The notes under the pieces are model-generated. The model was given only the letters and a program-made list of their open reading frames with translations. It had not been told where the DNA came from and did not search any database. From Antedon mediterranea (lineage: Eukaryota; Animalia; Echinodermata): a DNA stretch of 64,000 nucleotides. The stretch covers positions 16,535,881 to 16,599,880 of the forward strand of contig NC_092678.1 of assembly GCF_964355755.1 (NCBI RefSeq), read 5' to 3'. The position numbers and the translations under genes are program-made. Positions 1 to 13,803 of this stretch are shown piece after piece (position 1 is the first letter of the stretch; every line of letters starts with the position of its first letter).

Positions 1-384
1 TCACATGTGACACATGTATAAGCCTAACATAACTTTAACCATAACATAGTACAGGCGCCATGTGAAGCATGTGGCAAGGTATTTACAGAATTAGCCTATA
101 CTGGACAGATTGTACGATACGGTGCAGAGAATCGGGTGTGAAGTATAGAAGCTTCTTAAGTTGAGATGTTATTAATGAAATTCATTTCGTTGAATGTTTT
201 AAACGTAAAGGCAATTCTTTTTTTAAACATTCTTATTATTAAATTTGAATGAACTTAAATGTATGGTTTAGATGCATTAATAATATACAGAATACAAGTT
301 CACCTGAGATGTGATCACACAGTTCATTTCCTTTGGATGAGTGGAAAAAAATAGATAGATGTACGTTAAGAGAGAGTGACATAC

Positions 385-3300
385 CCGTTAGCTGTATCTA
401 TCTCAATTGCATGTGGTTTTTCTAATCCTGTGTCAAACAGAATTGTTCTGTTTGTTCCATCCAGATTGATTACTTCAATTCGGCCTTCTTTTTTCTCTGT
501 CCAATAAAGTTTTTTTCCAACTTCATCAACGGCTAAACCACGCACACCTTAAATAATGATGACAATTAAACAATTACTGCAATCCTAACCTATGAAATTT
601 ACTTTATATGCTATAGACTAAAACTGTGTTAACACATTTCAAATGATGCTCAACCCTCGGCTAGGGTTATGTATTTTATTTTACGAAACTTTAGCACGAG
701 GACGAAAACGTTTAATTTAACGGATGACGTAAACATTAAGTTATTTGCATAATAGTGTAGTTCATGATTCAGCAGTTGCGATACCCTTTGGTTAACGTTT
801 TTCACGTCGCTATTATTCAGAAATAAGGTTCACGACGCAACTAACTGTAGTTGTTCGTAATGCTTGCCCACGTAGAATAAAAAAGTATGTTTATATACGG
901 TATACATATAATTTAAGGCGTATCTTAAAAAAACCAAGGCAGTGTACATTTTATGATGGGAACATTATATAAGTTATGCGTTCGGAGGCCTAAAACAGAT
1001 TCAATTTCTTTTAATGAAGTTCAACATCGTAAAGGTCAGCACTATTTTAGATTATAAATTTCAAGAATCTGCAGATTTAGGTACAAACAAGTTTTAGTGA
1101 GATTCCTTAGATATTAGTTAGTGACATTGCAAGAGATAGCTTGGGTTTTACAAGAACATTGATCCTATTGCAGAGAAATATTAATTAGATTTGGTGGCAA
1201 TTTATTTACAAAATAATTAGATAATGTCTTTATGTTTACAGAGCATGATATATTGATTGTATTCTATGTTGTTTTTAACAGTTACTTTTACTGTCTGGTT
1301 GAATTTTTTTTGTAAAATTCTGTTTATGATATTCATAATAATCTTCTACGTTTATTTCTGTAGGTTTTATTATTTAATTATGTTCGGTGATTTGATTCCT
1401 AGTGTTTATTGATTCTATTTATCCTTTATTATCCCAGGTGTTTTGTTTAGTTCTTCTATGCAGTGGAAATGAAAAAAGAAACATTTTTGTTTGCGAAAGC
1501 GGTATATAAAAGATTGGCCTATATAAATTACAAATATGCTGTAAAATGGTTTAACTTCTCCTACTCTTTTGGACTAGGGGCTATCTTTCCTAACCTCACA
1601 TCTGCCATCAACCCTTACTGAAATCTTTCGATTCAGGAATCCTAAATCCGACCTCGTTATCTAAAAAATCAGAGGAATTGATAATTGGTGCTTATACTTA
1701 TAACATAACCTATGCAAAAAGAGGTAAAACGTAAATTCTTAACGACATTATTTTAGTTTAGTATCCTCAAACGTTTAATTATGATTATTAAACAACAACG
1801 TTTAGTTCAACAACACTTGGTTCCACCTTGAAAAGAGTTGGTCTATTTAGGCGATGTAAATCTAACGAAATTATAAACTTGCTACTAAATAATTAGGCCT
1901 ATTCTTAAAAAAAATAAACATTAACAAAAAAATACATTTCTTTTGCATACAATTTGATTTAAAAGTTTGCGAAACAAATGCTACAAAATATCGTGATGCT
2001 TATTTTTCCTAATAAAACATTTAAAAATGAATAGAATATTACTAGAATTTGATCCCAAAGATACAAACACTTCATGTTGGTTGGTGACAAGTGAAAACCG
2101 TTCAATTGTGTTGGTGTCGCCATCAGACCAATACAGTGTTAATCTGCTAATGTCATAATCGACAGCGTAGGGTTCAGTTAATCCGACATTCTGAATAACT
2201 GATGCTAAAGTCAAATTTGCGTTGTCACTGGAACTAAGGTTTGTCATATATATTCCAGGAGGATCCTCTTTGTTGACTACAAACATAACATCACCTGTAT
2301 TATTAAAACATAAAAAAAAAAACGTTTACTTGAATAATAACACCTAAATAAACAATAAGTATAACAAAATTAAACATTAACACACTAATTATTATTCTAT
2401 TAAACATTAATTATTGGGATAAAGTTCTTTGCTGATTCACAAATAAATGTACGAACAAATCAATTAAAATACTTATGCACAAAACAAAAGCGATTTTGCA
2501 AAGTTCCAAAGGACTAAATCTGCTTCAAGAGGCGACTTACAGGTCCTAAAGTAATATTGGAATGTTTCTGTCGTTCTCTTAGTTATTTTGCGACACATTT
2601 AGTCTATATTATGTATTACCATCTGTTTAAAAAAAGTATTTCAATATCAATTCCTTTAAATTTAAGTTTTAAAAATGTTTCTATTCGTATTTTTTTATAT
2701 CGAGTGTTATATTGTAAAGAGTTTAACAAAGTTAAGTATTATAGATGTTTATATTTTAAAGGCCTCTGGATACTAGTTGGCCTGAGGATTCAGCTAGAAG
2801 GGTTACCCTCTCTAAATAAAGTGGAAACAAGTTAATAAAAAAACAACATCAAAGCCGATCTCTACAAAATTATTAAAAGCATTCACTCCACATTTTCATT
2901 AACAGGTTTCTTACAAGCATTGTTCAGTCCCACTATCGCAATATTAAAACTGTAGTTACGCCTTACGCGTCTTTTACACCTAAAAATCACCTCTTAACTT
3001 TTCATCTTCACGACGCGCAAGGCGCGGCAGCTTGGTTTCCATTAAATCGCTGCACTGTCGCTACGACAAAACGTCGTAACGCTGTTCCCGACGCAATCGC
3101 AATCATCGCAGTCAAATCGCCAAAGTTCAACCAGGCTCAACCTTGCAGATTTGTCGGGGACGAATCGTAACTATTATCCAATCACACGCTGAATATCAGT
3201 CGACGTCACTCGTGGCGGGAATCTGCTCGCTTGTGTTCATTATGATCCACAAACATCGCAATGATGATAGCAGCTAGCGACAAACAATTTTGACGTGCCT

Positions 3301-6300
3301 TTTCTTAATAAAGTCAGGGAATTTCGTTGTCTCTACGAAAAAAGTAATACGAAAATAAATACGAGAGAAAAGCAATGCCTAGAGTGAGGTGGCGGTCAAA
3401 CTCGGTCGTACTGTTGGAAAATGCATTCAATGGTACCATAGTGTGTCCGGATCACATTTTCCAGGTTGGCCTAGAACACTTCTCTATTTAACGCCTACGA
3501 TATATTCTCCATCTAGCCAAAAGTATCCCGTAGGCATTTTCAATCATGCGTCTGGCCCTTGAAAGTCTGTAATTGTAAACATTTTCTGTACTTCGGTCAA
3601 TCCTTTGCCTTGGTATGACTTCATCATCTATTTCTTCAATTGGAAGATTTCGTCACATACTAAGAAAGTTTATACCCACTCACTTCTTCTACAGGGCACT
3701 GGCACTACAATCCCGGGAACAGAACCGCATCGTTGTCCCTTCTGTATCCCCTGATGTTAACATAGGTGAATGTGTATTTAGCATCACAGATACCCATGAT
3801 TACAATACTATGGAAGTTCTTGTAGAAGTTCTAGTTAGAACACCCATTACTGGGGCATTCTATGCACACATGTTTGCCATCCGCAGCTCCTAAAACATGC
3901 GAAAAATTTCATCGGTCAAAAATTAAGTCTTTTGTAGTTGATGGCATCCGCATGTAAACAGGCATTAATACACTCCAAATAGCTGAGCATGTTTCTATTA
4001 CCACGTTGCTTATAGTGAATCTTCTAATTTTGAAATTGAACGCCTGCGAACTTGAGAATCACCTATTGCCAGATATATAATAGTTACAGAAAGGCCACAA
4101 CTAAATTCACACATTTCATTAAGAAGAGACACATCGAAATGATAATTTAAAAAGATATTATTACAAGTTGAATAAATTAATCAACAAGATTTAAATGTTT
4201 GATATTTCATTGACCTATTAATATTGCATTCATGCCAGAAAGGAATATAGAGAAAAGACTACGACAGACTGATGCTGAAAAAGGAGACCAGACACTAGTA
4301 CCTTTACAGTCATCAATGTCCTTTCATGCATCGTGTATGCCATTTCTGCATTAACAGCATCATCTTCGATAGGATTGGATTATAAAAATTAATTGATTTC
4401 CGCTAAAAATGATACAATCCTCAGATTCTGGTAATGTCTGCTTATATCCATGATATGACACGCACCTCAAAAATATGTTCCTCTGTACACAAATGTTATT
4501 TACAAGGCAACATTGATTTTGAGTGATTTAATTGGAATCCACTATCTTTGTTAACGAGTATTGACTCGATATTGATTATATGATTTATATTTGCCTGGTA
4601 GAAATTAACATTTTTATTAATAATGGTTTGCCTATTTTTCTAAAACAATATGTCTGTACTATAGTGCAGAGATTTTGTCAAACGTGGCACTACACTATGC
4701 AGCATACTGTAAGTTGTAATACTAAAAACATATTTTATATATGACACAGTATACAGTCAGTTATCTTGATAACATAGCATACCGTAAGTTGTAATACTTA
4801 AAACATATTTTATATATGACACAGTATACAGTCAGTAAAAACATTTTATATATGACACAGTAAACAGTCATTTATCTTGATAACATAACATCAATCATCA
4901 TGCATAAACTATTTTACATGAAACATTATACTGTTAATGTAATAACTCATGATTACATAAACATCAGTGGACTATTATATAAAATAGTTATGATCATTTT
5001 GTTTACATAATAGAATCATTTATTGTGATATAACACGAGGTGGACATAATAAACAAAATTATAAAATATCTGACAAAAAATATACATAAATAGATATACA
5101 GCAGTGAGTAATAATACATGATAAAACACTGTATATGACTCAGGTAATAATTGATATCATTATTACAAGAAGTCATCATATTCATATTTCTGGTGTAATA
5201 GGCCGGCTGTACTACAATATGCTCTGCTAAGCCAAGCCCACTAATAATATGATTACATAGTCTAGTAAGTAGGCTTTGGTAAGGCCCAGCAGGCTAGACC
5301 AAGTACATTGGCCCCTAATATAGGCATAGTACTTGGTAGTATATAGTAAATACTCTTCTAGCCTTAGTATTTAGGCTAGCTAGGCTTTATTTAATTAATA
5401 TTGTAATAATACTTACTAGGCCTAGGTACTAGCTAGCCTAGCTAGGCATATTTTTAGCTACAGTAGGACCAGAGTATAGGCTATATGACTGATGTCCTGA
5501 TAGGATAGGCCTCCATCATAGGCTAGAATAGTTTAGCTCTAGCTAGGCATAAACCTGTGTAGAAGGCCGGTTGACATTCTTAGCTATCTGTTAAAGTACT
5601 CTCGGTCTTTTTTAATCCATATATCTTTTACCGTATCTCAAGAAAATATTTGTCATAGAGTGTTACTTTTGGTGTCAAATTGTTTGGAACATATATTTCT
5701 ATGTAGACTTTTACAACTGTTTGCCCTAAAATGCTTGGAAAAAAGTTAATTTATTGGCATATTTCCCTTCAACAAGTAAAATATACTAAAAAATCAAAGA
5801 GATGCAGGGTTGGAGTATTATGAATCCAAATCACTAGTTGTAAATCTGTCATAAAACATGTTTTGAATTGTTACAAAAAGAAAATATCTAGTCAACAAAT
5901 TACAAAGTATGTCAGTAAGTTAATCAAAGTTGGTTAATTAGACAAAAAACAATTGGCAAATGCCTATGTACACGGCACATATCCATATTGTAAAAAAAAA
6001 CAAATGTTAAGAGAGCATTAACGAATGGCGTTTAAAGTCAAGGTGTTCAGACACAACAATCACAACATTCCATGCCTGATCATTATTTCTATATTCAGAT
6101 ATTCATGACAAACGCACTACAGTTTACATTGTAAAGTTGTTTTTTGTTTAGCCACCTATATCCCCAAAGGACTCATTCAGAAGCTTTATCAAGCGGAAAG
6201 CTTATTATCTACGGCTGACATTTTTGGTATTTTGTAAACTCGACTAATTGATAGGTCCAAGCTGCTGGACCAAAACAACGTCATGGAAAAGAGAGTATAT

Positions 6301-9300
6301 GATTGATCACGGTTGAACGATTTTGGCTGACTTGACGCGAATCAACACAGTGAAGTGTACTGAGCAATGCATGTCCAACACACGCGAACATAATGTATAG
6401 AAATTCATTGAATATTAGTTTAAATAAACACTGTTTTTTATTTAATAAAAATGTAATATCAAATTTGATTGGATTTTACAGTGTTGATATACATAATATG
6501 TTACTAAAAACCGTATTTTTAAAGTTCATACAATTGCTTACTGAGGGCAGAATTTATTTACTTCGTTCGTAGCTAAAAACGATTCGTTTCGGCGATGTTT
6601 TGGACTCAAATTTTTATAATTCCTTCTTTATTTTATTATTGATACAAAATATCAACCGGCAATTCATGCATGCATCGTTATCTCTAGAATGCTGCTGATC
6701 AATGTTGAAGAAACTTAAAGACCCTTTATTTGCATACTTTCAGTAAGTTGCTTCAACATTTATCCGCAGCATTCTGCTACAGTCATTCATCATCTTTGTG
6801 TTTGTTGTTAGGTCACAAGCTACATTTTATGTACAGATAAATCCTATATATGGGCATATGGCGTTAAATATTTGTTCGTCTTATAAACAGTTAAAATAGT
6901 GATAAGTCTAGGCAGGCCGAGTAGAGAATTCTCTTTTAAAACAAGGAATCACCTAGTTTCATGTTTCAAAATGTATAATAAAAAAAAAATCTATTTTAAA
7001 TTTAAAATTTATTTTAATTCTCACAGTATCATTATAGTCGATATCTTTCTTACATTACATTCAAGTTATACTTCTATGAACAAAAATAATTATCGTAATT
7101 TCTATAATTTTAATTAAAATATGAAAAAAATAACGTAAAAAGCACTAATTTACTTATATACCGCATTGGGAGAAAATCGTTGTTCGTCGGTATCTGGCGT
7201 TACGCCAGTTACCGGCGAACAAAGTTCTCGAACAAAGTACAGTACTGCATATTAGTGGATGTTTAAGAAAGATTAATTAAGCTTGTGAACAAATTGTCTC
7301 TATAATTTAACTTTATTATATCCGGGACATAATGTAATGGAAGTTACCAACTGTCGGTGATACAATGTAGCGATTTAATGGAAATCAGGCTTCATGACGT
7401 GCCATTATTTTTACTCGATATGCGTACATGTGGTAGATTGTATAATGCTTTAGGAAAAAATAAGTAATACCATTATCTAGTTACCGATATATTTGATTAA
7501 TTTACCGTCACCCGTGTGTGAACGAATAACAAGAACCACAGGGATAATAGAAATGTTAATGTGTAAATAAATTTTGATTATTAAAAATGTTTAGTAATGT
7601 TAAAAAACTTAATTCCGAAAACATTTTTTGTTAAAGATGTATTGTCCCCCTGAAAAAAAAATGTTTTTCAATATTTTTGTTGAATAGGCCATTTTAATTG
7701 CACATAAAAGTTATTCACTTTGACCTCAATTTGGATTGAAAAAAATAATTTTTTACACGGGAAAATCGCAATTTAATGCAAAAATTAACCAACCGGAAGC
7801 TATTTGTCTGGAAGACAAATGTGTTCCGGTTTAATTTAACCCTTGACCTGAGTTAGCTCATAAATATTCATATTGTATGGATACATCGTGTGGATGATGA
7901 TGCTTTCCAAATCAACAGCCAACAACGATAGCAATGCATGCGTGCGCAAGAGAGTCGAGTAGTGATTCGAGACGAATCTTGAAGAAAACACGAAAACCAT
8001 AGCTAGCAGAATGCTAAGTTAGAATTACAGTTGGTAACTTTGATGTTGAATCTTATTCATTTAGGTGAGTTTTTGTTTTGCTAACAGGAGAGGCCTAGCT
8101 AGGCCTAGGCCCGAATTTGCTGTTACTGTACTACTAGTCGGATTTACTACTACTACTAGCACTGACAGTCTCGAGTAGCCTAAACTGCTGCCTACTTCTG
8201 TCTCTAGAAGTAGAGTGTAGTAGGCCTAGGCAGTACACTGCTAGCTAGGGCTACAGTAGACCACCACCAGAAGGGATGTATTTTTGTTTTAATCATGATG
8301 AATTGGTTTAATTTTTAAAGATTTCAACTATCTATTCAGCAGTGAAAATAAAAAAAAAAAGAAAATCTAAATATTGTTTTGGATGTTTTACTGATGCAAT
8401 ATTTAAAAAATATTTTCTGTATCAAATGCAACAGGTTCAAATTAACATTCCGCAAATAAACATTTTATGCAGATATTTTGACACAAATTTCTTTTTTTTT
8501 TTAGGTTGATTGATTGAACAATAAGAGCAAGTAGTGAGAAACATAAAATGTATCGTACAGTGGCAACATTCACAATTTATTGAAACGTTTCTTACTATTA
8601 AAATGACACTTTGTAATGGATGTGAGCGATCTTAGAAGACTATAGCTGTCGTAATTACTGCCACAATCAACACATTGATAATTAGTAGACAAATTGACAC
8701 AAAAAACAATACCGGAATTCAATAAGATATACTGTATATATATATTTTATTAACTCCTTTTGCACTGTAATATTTACAGTAAAATTATGAAGTGCAAGTA
8801 AATTTGAAGAATTTATCCTGTGTACTGTTGTAGTAGTTTTTTTATTATTTATTGAATGTTATGTTTACAAAATAATATACTGTACATATAATACAAAAAA
8901 ATATACAATATTTTACAAGCTGGACAAGAACATATTAGCCGAATGCAGCAGGAGAGTCAGAAATATTTTTCCTGCAATATCCATTCATATTCCAATACCG
9001 AGTCTATCATTGTTGTCTTTGGGTGACCTCTGTTCCAGTCTTCATCAGCTCAACGTCTTTAAAAAAAGTAAAAGCAAAGTATGAAAATCTGGAAAAAATA
9101 GATCATGCATATTTAGTGCAAAATTGGGCTAGTGAAATTGCTTACTTTGACAAAGTCAAATAAGTATACTACCTTTCTATGGTAATTAAAACACATTACT
9201 TATAATGTTATAACTTATAAAAAGAGAAAATAAATATTTGACTTACTACAGTACAGAGAACATTTGTTTGTGTTGTAAAATGGCTAAGCTGGCTTTTCCC

Positions 9301-10304
9301 CTCTGTCTACTTGTACAGTGCTGCTGTAAGGTTCTCAATTTCAGGCTTGTATTGCAACCATTTTCCCTGAAAAATGTTTGTTTTATTTTTATCATAAAAA
9401 TTAGTTAAACAAGCTTCAACTGTAAATATATATGGTACAGCAAGCTGGCTGTATTTTCGGAATGTAGCTAAGATTGATGGCATATAGCCTAGGTCAGTCT
9501 ATGAAGAGTACAATGTATAGGGCCTAGCTGGGCATCTTCTGCAGGGACCCGATTGTCACAGTCTGCTTGCTACTAGCCTAGTAATATGCAGCAGCATGTA
9601 TTAATTATTCTAGGCCTAGCCCTGAACGGAAAAAATCCCAGGCTAAGTTAATTAATTTACCTTCCTGTTATTATTGCGTTATATATATTATTATATTTAA
9701 AATAACCGTCTAGGCCTACTTACCGACAAATTAACAGCTCAGCCTTACATATTTATACGATCAGGCCAGGGAAACCCACAGTCGAGTCGCGTCGATCTCT
9801 GGTGGTGTTGTTGTACATACAACGTGCATCGTCCATTGTTAGATCAGATCTCTGCTGTGTGGATGCTCATTAACATATCATGCATATGTATGAGTTAGCT
9901 CTACCGGCCTAATTTCTGAGCCGATGAGTTCGAAAAAATGGTAAACTTATTTTGATTTTTTTATAAGCGAAATCAATATTTTTTTCGGATTTTTTTTCGG
10001 TGGAAGTGAATAACTTTATGTTAACTACAAAACGGTCTATTCAAAATTTGATTTTTTTCATCTTTATTTTTCATTTTTTGGGGGACAATACATCTTTAAA
10101 TAATAACGAAGTAATTCATATTGAAATCTTAAAATACACAGTAGCCTACTTTGAAGCGCATAAAAGTTTCTTTCTTAATGTAGAAGCAGTTGGTGGGAGA
10201 TACATTTACATCATTGGTAAATACTAAAATAATATTAATAACGTACCTTTACTTAAATGTAGAAAGGTGGAAAGAAAGAAACAGATGAATTTCCAACAGG
10301 CCAT
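385..10304 (-). CDS. Paralogue A (5' part only) of secreted YWTD beta-propeller protein; exons 10247-10304, 2043-2294, 385-547; continues beyond left edge
   Basis: Exon 1 = [19 protein letters not shown](G) signal-peptide-like with GT donor; exon 2 ...[18 protein letters not shown]...; exon 3 [17 protein letters not shown]...[11 protein letters not shown]...KPHAIEID (LDLR class B/YWTD repeats). AG/GT boundaries with compatible phases 1,1,2. Confidence 0.85.
3287..3465 (+). pseudogene. Harbinger ORF2 MADF/Myb-SANT-like domain remnant (frameshifted)
   Basis: [20 protein letters not shown]..[fs]..[25 protein letters not shown]; the copy at ~31116-31290 retains NAWSEVA. Matches MADF pattern. Confidence 0.75.
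3700..4090 (-). pseudogene. Harbinger DDE transposase remnant
   Basis: Homologous to 31540-31930, where the minus strand reads YLATGDSQSSQAFNF...[10 protein letters not shown]...[20 protein letters not shown]...[24 protein letters not shown], the typical Harbinger catalytic region, with stops and frameshifts. Confidence 0.85.
4701..4890. repeat. Short imperfect tandem duplication
   Basis: Three copies of aaaacat(at)tttatatatgacacagta(t/a)acagtca. Confidence 0.7.
7635..10095. mobile_element. Non-autonomous Kolobok-type DNA transposon (2.46 kb)
   Basis: Perfect 16-bp TIR agatgtattgtccccc / gggggacaatacatct flanked by TTAA at 7631-7634 and 10096-10099; AG..CT termini fit Kolobok rather than piggyBac; empty site with a single TTAA at ~34628 in the paralogue. 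Confidence 0.9.
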
Positions 10305-10744
10305 TTTTTAAAACAATCTAACTTCACAGTCTGTTAATAAACAATGTTCAATTACGTTGTCAAAGACGAATGTGCAGCAATCACACGGTCGCAATATTAT
10401 AACTAACGCTATTGTCATGACGTCATTTGTTTTTCACTTTGGGCATTGCGCGTACGATAGGCATGCTGAGCAAAATCTATATTAAATGGTATCGTGTGAG
10501 ATATTTATGCAGTTTTTATCATGTATACTGTTATTTGTAACCCTTAGGGTGAGTTTGAATTATAGTCAACAATTAATATGTTGTGCCGGGATTTGCGTGT
10601 GGAGTCTTTTTGTTGTTTCACCTTTTGAATTATATAAATTGTTTGTTTAAGCAGTTTCATATCTCTAGGCATCGCTCGTTATTATGCCGTTTGATTTGAG
10701 TCGGCGTACGTGGTCTACTTCTTCCTACTATTATTTACTTCTTT

Positions 10745-11560
10745 CCCTTTTCAGGGATTTTATTAGTTCAATATATATTGACCTTTGGCCCTAATACAAA
10801 CAAATAAAAAATAACTATAACTTAAGATAATGATTTCTTATTTCAAAAGCAAAGTAGACGTATTTTCCTAAATTATAAGTAAAGTTTGTGTTGGAAAGTA
10901 ATAAACATAGCTTATTAATAGAAGGAAAAACACGAATAATTCTTGGAATAAAATTTTTTCTAAATCATAATAAAATGTGCATTGCAAAATAAAATGATAT
11001 TCATCCTCAATAATGTTCTTTTTACATAATTTACACGTTCTCTTACATCTTTCTACACCCTAACATCTGCCCTTTTCAATTTCTAGCTCTAATATCCCTA
11101 AACGTAACTTAGTTAATAATCTTCTTTGTTTAAAATTAATGATGTTGGTCAAGTGATAATTTAAACATATTTCTTTTTTATAAAGAGAAAAGAGCCTTAA
11201 CTTATTATGTAAACTAAATGTTTGAATGCATTTTTGTTTTCAATATCACATAAGCTCAACTTAAATTCTCTCAAAAATAAACCTTTACTATTAACATATT
11301 GTTGTAACCATATACAACCAAAACCAGTAGAAAAAAAGTAAGTGTTTGACCTGTTGTGCCCAACAATTCTCATTACGGTTAACTTTTCTAAGTTGAAACT
11401 CATAACACTTAAAAATGAATCTGTCATGATCTAAAGTAATAACATGTAACCAAAAATCTTATAACTGTAACTAAACAATCCAAAGAAAGTGGTAATCTAC
11501 CTAACTCAGAAGTAACAGTAATAGAGGGGGTAGTTCCAATCCATTTTTTTATATGGAGTG
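10745..11560 (-). mobile_element. 5'-truncated degenerate non-LTR retrotransposon 3' end (RTEX-like)
   Basis: Minus strand: TPSITVTSELGRLPL...GFGCIWLQQYV...LTKLRLGILELEIEKGR...CKLCKKNIIEDEYHFILQC (C-terminal CCHC knuckle). Clade assignment tentative. Confidence 0.8.
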
Positions 11561-12288
11561 CCATAACGCTCTGCTGAAAGTAGACAATACGCGCATGCGC
11601 GAGAGTAGTTGGGGCGGGGTTAAGCCACGCCCATTCATGTAAATTGCCCACGTTCGTCCGGGAAAAAAAAATTACGCCTACGGTACATTATCTGATACAT
11701 AATCCCGACTATAGAGGGGGTAGTCTTATTATTATTTTTTATCATCAGAGATTAGATATATGTTTGGAAGTATTTATTGAATATTGTATATATTTCGTGT
11801 AATTTTGGTTTGTTCTTCTTTTACAGTTGTTGAATAATACTAACAGTACAAAATATTGTTTAAACTCGATTGGATAGCGACTCTAACATTCTCGGCATGG
11901 TACGGCGGAACATCACTAGTGCCTCAATTGTACGCACGCGTACCAGAGATCAAATTGATACGCCCTCATCTTTCGGTATTTTATTCATATTATATATAAA
12001 CACACAAGTAAATTTTAATAGTATTTTATTTCCTTTAAAAAATACAGAATCAATAATTTAATAAACTTATGTTATACTGGATAAGTTTAGAGCTTAGAAA
12101 ACAGTGTAAGCAATTTGAAAATAATTAGCTACGTTAACTGCTGGTTATTTACTCAAAATTTTAGAGGAATGAAAAAGAAAACAAAGACAATTTTAAATGT
12201 GTGGATCCAGACGTCCCGATATGAAGTACCATCAATGTCACTGGATAGTCTCAAAACACCAGTTCCTGCACGGAAATTACTTGCTTAA

Positions 12289-12522
12289 AGATATGTTGTC
12301 CCCTTCATTTTTAATTTGTTGTTAAATATGCCATTTTAATAATGCCACATAACAGTTATTCACTTTGACAAACAACTGGATCGAAAAAGATTCCTGAAAA
12401 AATGTAATTTAAAATTTTATTTTAATTTAAATAAGTTAACTTTATCAAAACTGCAACATGGCCTTTTCAAATACTGATTTTATTAGTTTTTATTTTTCAG
12501 GTTTTTGAGGGACAATATATTT
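12289..12522. mobile_element. Kolobok-family MITE related to 7635-10095
   Basis: ttaa|agatatgttgtcccc ... gagggacaatatattt|ttaa; 5' subterminal sequence (gccattttaat...gttattcactttgac) shared with the larger element. Confidence 0.75.
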
Positions 12523-13610
12523 TTAACAATATCCTTTTTGGACCTATTGTCCCATAAGGCTACAAGATGTTCTTTTCAATCAGTTCTTTTTCTAACTTTA
12601 GCTTTAAGTTGATCTCCAGCATGATCTCTTTCTTTCTCCACTGTGCGCCTTCAAGTTGTTTTGTTACTCGAGAAATAACATTTTCGACGTCTGGATCAGT
12701 GGTCATGAGATGGTATTTCAAATTCACGCGTCGTCATTGGTCAAATTATTTATTTCTTTGTGTCGCGTCGTATTGGGAACATGGCTTTGTATACAAGTTA
12801 TTTTGTTTGCAGCGTCCAGAAAAGATTGATTGTCAGTGACGTCATAAAAGGTTATTATAATATTATTCTTAGTTATACTTATCTTCATGGGCGAAAATGT
12901 TAAATAACACGCCCTCAGTGTCGTAATCTGCAATTTTCGATGTAATAGTTTTATAGTGTTTTCTTACATAAACATATACAGCTTCGTGTTTTTATAGCCA
13001 TGTCAGTTTTGTTGTTAAAGCCTAACATATGCACGCGCATGTATGTGTATTATGTATGTACATAATAGGAAAATACGCCTACAATGACTGTTTTTTCGAC
13101 AACTTTATTTAAGCGTTAAATTACATTGTAACTAAGATACATTTGAAATAATCAATTTAAGTTACCTAGATACAGTGCGTAATCTATCATCATCTTTTTC
13201 AATTCACTACACCATTTTAACAATTAGCACTAATAAAATACCTATTTAAACACGGTAACTTTTTATGTTTTCGTGACAGAACTCAAATTCGATGATTTAG
13301 AAGATAACATAGGCCGTAGCACGTTAGGTCACGGAACAAGTGACCGCCCTCAATATGTTTCTAATATGCGAACTACTGTAGGGACGTTACTAAAATATAG
13401 GATGTGGACTTTAATAGGCCTTTTGTTTAATCCACATAATTTACATAGCCCATAGTGTTGTTGATATTTCTCAATAACAGGCAATTTGTACAGGCAAGTT
13501 GCACTATTACAGGCTTAGTTTAGCCTTTGTCCAACTCAGAAAGCACTGAGTTTGATCTGTACTCGATCAAAGATATGCTTTATATCTACTATACTTTAGT
13601 ATTCACTACA

Positions 13611-13803
13611 ATTTTTACTGAACATCATAAGACATAACGTGAAATCAAATGTAATATTTAAGCAATACGCTGGATTGTGCAAATTTTTACCGAACATCAT
13701 AAGACATAACGTGAAATCAAATGTAAGATTTAAGCAATACGCTGGATTGGGCAAATTTTTACCAAACATCATAAGACATAACGTGAAATCAAATGTAAGA
13801 TTA
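13611..13803. repeat. 72-bp tandem repeat, ~2.6 copies
   Basis: aacatcataagacataacgtgaaatcaaatgtaa at 13621, 13693 and 13765. Confidence 0.95.

Larger units (their letters stand above)
1..4438. repeat. Segmental duplication, copy 1 (matches 27816-32284)
   Basis: Sequence from base 1 aligns almost base for base with 27816 onward until ...attctggtaa, where the copies diverge. Confidence 0.97.
3029..7391. mobile_element. Degenerate PIF/Harbinger DNA transposon with further unassigned internal sequence
   Basis: TIRs agcttggtttccattaaatcgctgcactgt (3029) / acaatgtagcgatttaatggaaatcaggct (7391); MADF remnant on +, DDE transposase remnant on -; paralogous site near 34380-34395 lacks the element. 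TSD not cleanly resolved. Confidence 0.85.

Noticed and set aside
2557-2835. Duplicated ORF, also at 30455-30679
   Set aside because: AT-rich intron sequence with no recognisable motif.
3615-3893. Plus-strand ORF, also at 31386-31721
   Set aside because: Antisense to the Harbinger transposase remnant; shared only because of the duplication.
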